NCBI GenBank assembly: GCA_047495785.1
Contig: JBLDXI010000036.1
Location: 186,001-250,000 of the forward strand
DNA length: 64,000 nt
Source of the DNA: Lepidodermella squamata
Lineage: Eukaryota; Animalia; Gastrotricha
Direction of reading: 5' to 3'
In this document: positions 49,901 to 60,683 of the stretch, one piece after another
Layout of the letters: every line of letters starts with the position of its first letter
Numbering within the stretch: the first letter of the stretch is position 1
Made by a program: the position numbers and the translations under genes
Notes under the pieces: model-generated
What the model saw: the letters and a program-made list of their open reading frames with translations, nothing else
What the model was told of the DNA's origin: nothing
The model's database searches: none

Positions 49901-51075
49901 TACAAACAGAATTAACTTGAATGTCACGATAACTCAAAACGATACCTGTTGCAATCCTTGCGGGCACGATGCGTAGCATACACTTGAAGTGAGTGATTCA
50001 CACTGAACAGCGTTCTGAAGGAAACAGATCGGAAATTTAGAATTTTATCAGTTAAAAATTGAAAATTGAACTCACAAATCTCAAGCAATTATCTTCAGAT
50101 CTGAAAGCTTCGGGCGAATAAATCGAAGTCTCAGCAGGCGCTGGACATTTTTTGCGGCATGCCTTAAAATTTCGCGTCGAGGTATCGAAGCAGCGATAAA
50201 CAGGGGCGAGGTCTGGAGCTCGAACTTGAAAAATTCAAAATTCACCAAAATTCAATTTTCGACCGGGAAATTTTACGCCATTTAGTTTGACAATCTTCCA
50301 AATCATCAAATGTTCGCCCTGGTTTCTGTAAATTCGAGATTTTAGTATGAGCAAAATTGAGAAATTATTGTTAACCGTTCCGGCCGGGCAGTCCAATCGC
50401 TTTGGCATGCACGTCACCGTGTAACTGCCTTGATGACAGCGTTTGAAATGCTGGGTCTGAATTTGATATTAATGACGATAATCTGCTCGTTCCCATGGCT
50501 GGTCTTACCTCAAAATGTTTCAGAGCCAATTCGCACTCCTCGTAATTGTCTCTGAAGAATTTGGCACGGCTGAAAAGTTTGATCTAGAAAGAAACATGAA
50601 CCAACATTTTTACTTATAATTTTCATTGTAAAACGAAATTTGAAAAAAATCTCTAATTATTTGGGTGCTCTATTTTATCGAAAAATCTAACCTCAATCTC
50701 GCCTTCACGGCAACTGGTGATTCCAAAGCGGCAGATTGGCATCAATTTTTCATACAGGTAACAGAGTCTCGCAGCCTAAATGAAAATAATTACCGAAACG
50801 CTGTTAAATTAATGACAAATTTATAGAATTGACCCCCTGAGTGCAGACTGTAACATCAGTAAAATTCAGCCCTCGCTATTAAAAAAATATTTTGAAATTA
50901 GAAATTTTAATGCTGAGTAAATCTAAATTACCGGATACTCATTCAATCGACAGCCTTCAGGTAATCTTCGACATCGTTTAAAGGAGGCGTCGAACTGTGA
51001 GAAGCACCGTATCCAAGTTGTTGCAGAAGCAACGGGTACAGCAAAAATCGCAATCAAAATAAATGAGCGTAACAT
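34903..51075 (-). CDS. Giant secreted lectin: signal + 5 four-Cys modules + 16 x [four-Cys module + C-type lectin domain] (~3,060 aa, 25 exons)
   Basis: Micro-exons 51075-50932, 50875-50834, 50775-50692, 50583-50509, 50456-50376, 50325-50277, 50224-50076, 50014-49946, 49892-49824. CTLD exons 49697-49170, 49114-48599, 48481-47957, 47542-47033, 46973-46437, 45607-45095, 45038-44520, 41862-41314, 41260-40727, 39965-39444, 39325-38774, 38173-37661, 37605-37081, 36739-36212, 36000-35479, 35427-34903, all GT-AG and phase 0. LAS/TI, W(V/I)GL, WIDGS and A(V/I)CE motifs; no TM segment; TATA at ~51130. Confidence 0.85.
40511..40662. repeat. Near-perfect ~65-bp-arm hairpin in a lectin intron
   Basis: 40511-40576 is the reverse complement of 40598-40662, 21-nt loop. 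Confidence 0.8.
42112..44496. mobile_element. Non-autonomous EnSpm/CMC-like element (2385 bp), 2-bp TSD GA, in a lectin intron
   Basis: Ends CCCTAG..AAAAAA / TTTTTT..CTAGGG, GA on both sides; ATGCAT/GCATCG-rich subterminal repeats at both ends. Confidence 0.7.
45709..46093. mobile_element. Tc1/mariner-pogo type MITE (385 bp)
   Basis: Perfect 25-bp TIR CCGTAATCCGGTACAACTTTGAACA with TA TSD on both sides. Confidence 0.85.
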
Positions 51076-54074
51076 TTTTAACACAAATAAAACTGGAAAA
51101 ATAAATAAATTGAACAGTCAATTAGCTTTATAAATACAACTAATAGAGAATCGTTCGAGAAAATTCTTCAGTAAAACGCGTGTCTCTGCGTATTTAGAAC
51201 GAACACGTGTGGTTCATAATTACTATCGGGATTGAAATTAGTGGCCATTCACAAATAGATGAGTGTAAATTTTAAACGCTCGATAAGACGTGAAATGTTT
51301 TATCGTTATCGGCCATTGGCAGGTAAAAATTCTAATTTTTTATGATTCTTATGACGTCATCTACCAACGGAAATTGTTGCGAATTTTTATGTTGATAAAT
51401 GTTCGAGCCAGTGATAAATAAATAAAAACACTGCATTTTTATTCAATATTTTTTATTCAAAATTTTTCCTTTCTTTCGAGATTTTTTCCTCAGATGCACC
51501 TGCAGCAGGTCGTAAGAAAATACGACAATTATGCGGAGGACAAGTGAGTTCAAACGATGTAATAATTTGCAAACTGGATTGATTTTCTGAAACATTAAAA
51601 ACCTGGGTTTTCTTTCGCCACCGTCAAGTTTTACATACGAACGAACTACCCTGATTTAATTAAAACTCATCCGCATCCTCGAAATTCAGGTATCATAGAA
51701 TATTATATCTGCAAAATGCGGAGAAGCCGAGCAATGCTTGCAAATACAATAAGAGCCAGCACCCAGCAGAAGCACAAAAATGAACAAGCTGTGTTTTTTG
51801 GACGGGGCCGAGCATAATGGCACGGCTGCTCGAGCCGGAATCGGGTAAAGCTGATCATTAGGCGTAAAATAATGAAAAATATTGAAATGTTAGGGACGGA
51901 GGACACGATTCACATCATGATTCAGTTGGTCAAAAACACCGACCAGGCGATTCTTGAAGTACTCGGCACCGCCGATGAGGCGAGTTTATTGGACAGAATC
52001 GAGGCCGTACGATCAAGACATCGGCGAGTTTTAGCAGATCTGTCATCGCTGAAGTCATCTGCTGATAATCGCGAGCTAATTTTCTCAAACTTCATGCTGA
52101 ATTGAAAGATGCGGTGAAAACAGCCCAATGTGTCCCACTGGAGAAACGCTTTCAAGAAGTCGAAGCGGAGTTGCATCTCGTTCAAAAAGAGAATGCCCGC
52201 ATGTCTCAAGCTGTGTTCGGAAAAGACCGCCAGACTGTGTAAGATACCAAGCGCAAACTGGAATTGAGCGGCTCTGGAGTTGCCGACGTCGTATTCTTAC
52301 CGCAGGGCAACGTTGCAAAATTCAAGTTCGTCACTCGACAACAAGCAGCCGCAGCCTTGAAAACATCCAGGAAAACGGATGCAAGGACATCTTTGCTTGG
52401 ATTTTTTAGTATCTGGCAGCTTGGCGCTGGGCCTAATAGAAGTGTTCCACAAGGGCTGAAAGTCACAGTGAAGGAAGTAGGCTTTTCGCCGAAAGGGAGA
52501 TGCCCATCAATTTTCACTCGCGACTACGTCGCTCGCATTCTAATCTTCACCTCTTTTTCTGGTGATGCTTTTGTAGTAGATTCATTCCCACTTTGTTGCT
52601 TTCAGACCTTTCCCCTCACATTAATTCTGATAGTTTTGGGGCAGGAATGCTACGAAACAAAAAATTGTAACACCGCGAGCGATGCGAGCTTTAGCTGTCG
52701 CTTTTTCGCAAAATCATCGGTTAGAAATGTGCTGAAAATGATTCGAATTAAAAATTCTTGGACCTTGGAAGAAGTTCAAGCTAATTCAACTCAAGGCTAG
52801 AAGATTCTCAGCATTTGAAGCAGTGTTTTTTTTAACAAGCGATTGTTACAAACGATTTTTTTGGTAGTTACCTCGCTTGAAAATTATAAGACTTGTGCTG
52901 AATTGGTGAAAATTTAGAGTAATTTGAACCTAGTGAATTTGAGTACAAACGAAGCGATGAAATTTTTCGGATTTAACAATAAAATTAGCTCCAAAACCCC
53001 CTAAAAATGACGATATAACAGGCTTTCACAGACGTTACTACGATATTGGATTTTAAACTCAGTCCGATTGGTTGTTTCAGTGTAACAATTGTTACAAGCC
53101 TGAAAAACATTGTTTGAAATCTATCCCTTCTGAATTGGGCCGATACGGGATTCTCTTCCTCAACGAAATCTCGATGAAAGCTTGAAGTGCCAGTTTAACT
53201 AATGCTCATTGTATGCTTTTCGCAGATCTGAAAGGAGCAATGATAAGTAGCCTGAACGAGCGCAGCGAGTGAAAAATTGTGAAAATGCAAGAGCGGAAGC
53301 AATTTTCTTATATGGCTCTGAAAATGCAAAGCTGCAGCCCTTGTAGTAGCTACATCATGACTGATACTGAGGCTAAACATTGAGGTTTACTGAGTGCCGT
53401 GCACTTTCCTTTTAAGACAAAGTTTAGAGAAGGGGGATGGTTTACTTTTTTGGGGGCGCGACGTTTCGCGAAGAGGGGGTAAACCCCCTCATCCCTCATC
53501 TTCAAGGGGAACATTCTATCGCCCTCCCCAAGCTGGCTAACAATATATTTCCGGGCAAGACTGTCTGCAAGGTCGATATCGTAATAAATTCTTGCGATAC
53601 TTCCCACTTACCATATTCTGGGTCATGGCCCAGTTAACGGCTACGGCGCGCACCTTTATTGCCTTCAATAAAAATCGCTAAAAATTGGCTTTTCGTGATT
53701 TGATGTTATTCAGCTGAATTTTTTGATTTTTCAAAAATTTTCATTCCAACGCCTAATGATTTAATTTTAGCCGTGGCGATTCGCAATTGGTAAATTCCAA
53801 TGAATCAATAATTTCAATTAATAACAAAGTGGTCACTTTCCTCGATGGTTTATATGAATAATCAAAATTATTTGCAAATTATTGTAAATTGAGAAAAAAA
53901 TTCTGACAGTGGGAAGTAAAATCTTTCGAAAAAAATTTTAATTTCGAAATTTTGAAATGTTCTAAGGTGGATTTAACCCGAATTCTTCATGGACTTCAGT
54001 GCCCGCATCAACTCTGCAACCGTGGTTGCTACTAAGTCGAAGTATCATTCGATTCGATTTGATACAAAAAATAG

Positions 54075-55142
54075 CAGGGTTGCACTAAATACAGGTCGCC
54101 TCTACTTTCTACATGTTTAAACGTTTAAACGTTTAAACATGTTTAAACAGGACTTTATACAGCTTGTGGCGACATCACCTATTTCAGGCAGGTATACAAA
54201 GGAATTAAGCCCCAAATCAAGCAAATACTTTCGATAAACGTTATTGCCGGTATATAGGTTACGTCGTTGGCACCATTTAGCCCACAATTCAGATTCCTCT
54301 TCATGTAAATTTTTACTTTTCCGTGATTAAAGGCCTGTCCTCGTTGAGGCTACCTATGTAGTATTAGTTGAAGTATCAGGAAGTAGCCTTGGCATTAAAG
54401 CGCGCAACTTATGATACGTAGAATTAAGCATTAGTGCGCGCACCTTTCAGCGCACCTGTAATGCAAAACGAAAGTCACTGGGGGCGCGCGTTAACGCCAG
54501 GGTTTTTCTGGGGTCTGGCAGGATTAGCGGGATTAACGGGTACTCTCAGCAGCTCTTGGTATTGCGTAAGAGACTTTGAAAGGCGCGCGCACTAATGCTT
54601 TATTCTTAATTCATTTTCGCGTTAGATGCGCGCACTAATTCCTGAATTTGACTTCACCCTTGTAATTAAAAATATTGTACTATACGTCCTAACGCAGAAA
54701 GTGGAAGTTGATTGGGAGCGCTGCGTCAAAACGGTGATTTTTCGAAGCATGCGAATCAACACCTTATTTGCAATTGATAAGTACATGAGATTCTTCGTAC
54801 ATTATACACTCTTGCAGGCTCCTTTCATGCTAAAGTAACTCCGGGTTTCTAGCCATGAGAAGCAATGAAAAATCTCAGAACAACGCTCAGGTGACGTAAA
54901 AATGTTTTAAAACATTGGACGTTTGTCAAATTTGAATGAAATGAGGCAAATAATAGTTGTTGTTGCGTGAAATAGCCAGAAATACTTCACGGCTATGAAC
55001 TCAAGCGACTGATTTTAATGAAATCATAGCATTAATTGATAATGACTTTATACATATGTATAAAGTGCCCGGACTTTATACTGTTTAAACATGTGTTTAA
55101 ACACGTGTGTTTAAACATCCTGTTTATACAAGTGCAACCCTG
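54075..55142. mobile_element. hAT-like non-autonomous element (~1.07 kb)
   Basis: TIR CAGGGTTGCACT / AGTGCAACCCTG; subterminal GTTTAAAC arrays at both ends; near-TSD AAAATAG. Confidence 0.7.
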
Positions 55143-56562
55143 CGAAAATAGTGTGCACATGATAATGATTTTGCGAGAAGATGAATGCTTACTCATTGAT
55201 ACTGGCAAAAAATCATGTTGATAGGTTGGGCTGGTAGGATATAGCTTATCCCGCACCCTTATCCCGCAGTCCCGCATCACGTGAACAAACTGCGGGATGC
55301 TGCGGGAGGAATTTCTAAATGTTTGACATTGTCAAGGGCGTGTCGTCAAATGGGTGTTCTCTGTGAACATGAGGCATCTACTATTCAACAGGGCGCCTCT
55401 AGCTACATATATCTCATGAAAATTCATCACCGAAGTTGCAGTAAAATATGGCCCGGAACATTAGAAGGAAAATTTCGAAATTTACCAAGTGTGTTTTTTA
55501 TCTCACATTTCACCGCGCTGATTACTGGCTGAAAACTGGCTGAGTTGTTGACAAGCGGTTTTCGCCATTCGAAGGCCCGTCGAATGGTACACTAGACACG
55601 CTTATTATATTACGCCGAGAGTCTTCCGAATCGGCGAGAAAAAATTCGCAAAAACATCGAAATTTCGAAATTTGTGGATCGACCGCGCCTCCTATAGGCA
55701 AACTATGGGACGATGGGACTAGTCTCGTTCGATTCGTCTTGAAATTCTACGTAGGACAGTGTAATTGTTACGTGCACACAGAACAGGTGAATGTGTTTGA
55801 AATTTGACAGAAATCCGAGTGCGAGTGTGAGCGCCGCCGCCTAGTCTGAAAAACGCGTTTTGCCGCGCCTACTATTGTTCAATAACCATGAATGGCTACG
55901 ACAACGTGCTTGGTCTCTAATCATTCGGCGGAAAATTTGCTACATTTTACGCGTATTCACATGTGAGTGCTATCGCGGTAAGGTGTCAAAATAATTGCCC
56001 AAAGTCAGGAAAATTGAAATTTTTATTTCACTAAAAATCAACGGCCGGCAAAACCTTACTGTCAAAGTAAAATTAGCAAATATTAAGGCGGTTTTAGTAC
56101 CGAAAAATCCGCCATGCTTCTGAATCAACTTTGAACACGATAAATTCCGCACCTAATTGAGTGTTACCTGCGCGTCGAAAAATTTAGACCTCGTAATTTT
56201 TTGTGAAATTTTAATGTTTGAAAATTCGTAGAAAATCAACCGTTGATCCGATTAATTCCGTGGTTGCACTGTTGGATAGATAATATTGAGGCAAATGTTT
56301 TGATGCGCCCCTCCGGGGAAGGGCGGGCGCGAAACCCGCCATAACAGTAAAAATGGTCGCATCGCGATGCCGAAAACCAGCGATGAGTTAACGGAAGCCA
56401 AGAAGGTTAACGTGGACAGGTCTACGGTTGATTCATAGGTTGGCATGGTTCAGTCTAAAACTAAAGAACTCACGTGGCAAGACGGGACAGCGTACACATT
56501 TAACATTTAACAGGGCTGATTGGCTCTATCTTTTTATGTAATATGTGTTTACATATTCATTA

Positions 56563-56995
56563 GCTCGAATATGACCTGCCGTCTGTGGCGGTGTGGGGTG
56601 AGATTTTGCGATTTTCTATCATTGTAGTTCGATAACAGGCTCATTTGATTTTTCGCAGACTGCTGAATACCTTAGCAGCATCTTGAGAGCAGAATACTCA
56701 AGCGACGCTTTGCGACAGAAATGGCGAGTTAGTCTTACGTTTTCGTAACATGCATACCAATGCCACGCAACGGTGTTGCTTTCCTCCCACACTATCGATG
56801 CTCTTTCTCCAGAGCGACCGCTCCTTTGTTGGCTGCCGACCGCCTTGCAACTCGAACTACATGACACAGGTGAAATTTTGAACAATGATCGAAAGGCAAT
56901 AGAATTTTGATGACTAACAAAAAATGTTCTGTCATTTTGGTCCTTCAGCGTTGGAACTTGAATCGACGAAGCGCATTGCAACAATGAAATGGGTT
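56563..56995 (+). pseudogene. Deleted remnant of a 4-Cys micro-exon paralogue (exons 2, 4, 5, 7, 8 homologues)
   Basis: Shares intron/exon sequence with 61075-61730 (TTCGATAACAGGCTCATTTGATTTT, CAAGCGACGCTTTG, TTTCTCCAGAG.GACCG). Confidence 0.75.
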
Positions 56996-57299
56996 TTTTT
57001 CTATGGGAAATGGGAAGAGTGTTTTATTTAACTGATAACATCTGACTGGTAGCGAGTGAAAATTGGGATTCGGCGTCTTATTTTTCTGTATTTTCCAGCA
57101 TATGGCAACAGGGTGCGATCTTGGATTCCGGAGCTGCCAGGGATGGAAAAAAATTGTTTGCTGTTTTTGCCAAAATTACTTGTTATTTTGGCGAATAACA
57201 GAGCGAATAACAGTTCTTTACTTTAATAGTTTCTTGTTGTGTTTTCTTTTGTTTTAGCCTGATGCACAAGGACCGAAACGTCGCCCGTTATAAGTAAAG

Positions 57300-59442
57300 T
57301 AGTAAAACCTGTTATCTCGAACTCTGTGTATCTCGAAAACTCGTGTATGTCGAACGCGTGGCGAGGAACCGTGGGTTTTTCAGCATGTGACACATAATAT
57401 TTACTCTGTGAAGTCGAACTCTGTCTATCTCGAAAGTCGAAGGGCGGGAAAGGAACGGTAGCCATATGGCCCATTGTTTTGACTCTGCGAAGTCGAATTT
57501 TCAGAGCTAATTCCTAAAATTTCTTCGCTAAATTCTAGAGTAATTTCATTCACAATTTTTGTTTTACGATGCCGGAATTAAATCCGCAAGATAAAATGAA
57601 GGTTTTGGAGCTTATCGATGCGAAAACTCCCTATCCTAAAATAGCCGTCGAGTTCAATATCGCGCCGTCTACCGTTTCTAAGATCAAGAAAGATCGCGAA
57701 AAATTACAAGCTCTCTACTTGAGTTCACTCGCTGTTAATAAAGAAGGCAAAGTCGATGACACCAAATGCCGATCGCGCTCGCTGCGAGAGTGTAAATTTG
57801 GAGTCATTAATTCTATGCTTCTGGCGTTCCTAGTGCTTTGTCGAAGCAAGAACATTGCTCTAGACGGTCCCATTTTGCAAACAAAAGCGAAATTCTTTGC
57901 TGATGCCCTGGGATATGCCAATTTCGCGGCGAGTAACGGCTGGCTTCGCAGCTGGCTTGATCGCGAAGGGATTTCATTGAAAGAACTAAGCGGTGAATCG
58001 GCGGAGTTGCCGAAAGAATCGCTCGCGGCATGGTTCCTAAAACTACCCACTATAATTGCCGGCTATGCGATGAAAGATATTTTTAATTGCGACGGTAATT
58101 GATTTTTTTCAATTTTACGATTTTTTTTATAAATTTTATGATTTAAAGGATTTTTTTTCCGTCAACTTCCGACTCGGTCTTACGTTTTGAGCGATGACGC
58201 ATGCAAAGGCGTTAATGTGGCTAAGGAGCGTGTTAGCGTGTTGTTTACCTGCAGCGCTCTCGGCGAGAAATTAAAGCCGCTCGCAATCGGTAAAAAATCC
58301 TCGCGTTACATAATCTTGTGTAAACACTTCATTCCAGGTCACGCGGTGTATCCTCGCGCGTTTAAAGCAAACAACGTGGCTCGCGACTTGCGTAATCTTC
58401 CGGTCACGTGGCGTTACAGTAAGAAGGCGTGGATGACGACGGCTATTTTTGAAGAATATCTAAAGGACCTGAACAGCGCCATGAACAAACAAAACCGCAA
58501 AATTTTATTGCTTCTTGACAACTGTTCAAGCCATGTCGAAATCGAATTGTCGAACGTCAAGCTGGTGTTTTTGCCTCCTAATTCTACTAGTGAAGCCCAG
58601 CCGTTCGACCAAGGCCTCATTTACAATGTTAAATTGCACTTTCGCAAGTTTTTGCTTCAGCGCCTAGTTTCTCGCATCGACGACTTCGAGACGGCGTCGG
58701 ATTTTACGAAAACAATCACTGTTTACGACGCCGTAAATTGGATAACTGCGTCGTGGAATTTGGTCAGGCAAGAAACATTCGTGAAGTATTTTGCGAAAAG
58801 CGGCGTATCGCCCGCGGGTCAGCTGGAATACGACGCTGAGGACGAAATCCCGCTGTCAAGCCTCGTAGTTGGCCTCGATAAATTACCGGCCGCGATTTCC
58901 GCTGATTTAAATCTTGAAAACGTCGACTTCGACCGCGATTTGCCAGTTCATTACGAGCCCGAAGGTCAAACCGTCGATGATGTTGCGCGTTTCGTACTCG
59001 AACGTCGAGAAGAAGAGGCCGCTCAAAGCGTCGCGGAAAACGCTGGGGCGATCGAAGTGCTTGAAGAGACACTAGACGGCGTTCCTGTTCTCGAGCCGCC
59101 TACGGTCGAGGCAGCTTTGGCGGCTATTGACAGCGCTATTCCAATCATTCTGGCATTCAATTAGGCGATACTCTCGTTAACATTGAAAATCAAATTCATC
59201 AAAAGCGGGCAGCTTGCCTTAGGCAGCCTAGCATCACCGAGTATTTCAAATCCAGCGTCAATATTAATTAACTTGTTGATTTTCGTGCTCTGAAACCTTT
59301 TGACGATGAAATAAACGCGTTGTAATAGGCCCAGGGGCTATTTTCCATGCTTTTATATCGGTCTCCCTCTATCTCGAATCTCTCTGTAAGTCGAAGGGGT
59401 CGAATGGCACCGTGAGCCTTCGAGATAATCGAGGTTTTACTG
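57300..59442 (+). mobile_element. pogo/Tigger-family DNA transposon, degenerate
   Basis: Right TIR reads CAGTAAAACCTCGATTATCTCGAA followed by TA; left TIR is a decayed match; encodes the transposase below. Confidence 0.9.
57569..59270 (+). pseudogene. Tigger/pogo transposase (HTH-CENPB + DDE_1, DD29D), introns 58095-58148 and 58290-58337
   Basis: FAASNGWL, IFNCD, KAWMT, LLLDNCSSH, QPFDQG; the DETG motif lacks ET; the C-terminal PIP box QPSITEYF lies in a shifted frame after the stop at 59164. Confidence 0.85.
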
Positions 59443-60683
59443 TAATCAAAAGCAACTTACTGTCTGCCTGTCTGTCTGCGTGTCTGCGTGTCTGTCTGCC
59501 TTCGCTAAATCATCCAGCGTTACAGAAGCGTTACAGAAAAATGGGCTTACTTAGCGCCTCGCCCCAATCATAGATCACTTCGTTCTGATGAATGAATGAC
59601 CCAAATGAATGAAATTGAACTACAACAATTGGGCGAAAAAATCAAGGCGCAATAGTGTTTGAGGTCAGATGCATTAATTTCGTCCTATTGAAAATATAGT
59701 TCATTCAGCCTGAATCTGGAACGCAGCTATTGTCTTCGATCTATTGTCTATAGTCGAAACGAGAAACGAGGTTGAAAAAACGAGACGCTAATAACAGCTA
59801 ATAAAAGGTGAACTAGTTTGTTGTCTGACTGTTGTTGCACAATCGCAATTGCGAGCTGGCAGGGCATCAATATTTTAATTTCTAACGAGCAAAAAACGCC
59901 TCTATTGGACAATGGAAATTTCATTTCGTCCGAAATGTGTTATTAGTCGGAAAACGGTCGTTCGCGTTTTATTCACTGCTCATTGCGAACAGTTTCAGCC
60001 TGACATTGAATAAGGTTATCTTAAATTCAAAGATCAAGGTTAATTTATATCTCTCTTAGCATGCCAGCAATCTCAGGTAATAAATTTTCCAGACTAATGA
60101 TGTCGACTTTGCTCTAAATTCTTCTGGGCCTAGAATGTTTTCGAAAATTACGCTGGTTGATTGCGCTGTGCGCTGGTTAATAAGAATGAGCTCTTGAATC
60201 GAGCGATTGTTTTGCTACGAGTAGTGGCCTCGGACTCTCTGTCCATAGTCCAAACCAGGTCAAGGTTAATTATAAAGGACGAAAACTCGCAGCGAACCGC
60301 GAACTTTGACCCTAAAAAATTTCCAATTTAGGTTTTACACTTACCAATTCTAGTTATGTGCAATGGAATTTATTGCGAGGCAAATCACTTTTCCAGTGCT
60401 AAGAGCTAAGGATGGAGCTCATTTGGAATAAATATTATTTTGCCTGTCTAACTTGATGTTCATATATTTTTCAATGTAGCGAATTAAGTAACGATTACGG
60501 GAGTAGTTTTAACGATCATACGATCACGTCCAAATTCTCCGTCAAAGTCTTTCGAATGCCCATTCCAAATAAAATAAAATGGATATAAATTGAGAATGTT
60601 TGAGTAGGGTAGCTATTAATTTGAGGACCGATTCTTGCTCTTTTTATTTAGGAAGCTTATTTTATGATTCTATTCTTAATCAA

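Noticed and set aside
59585-59615. CTGATGA...GAAA as another hammerhead
   Set aside because: No stem II or stem III pairing.
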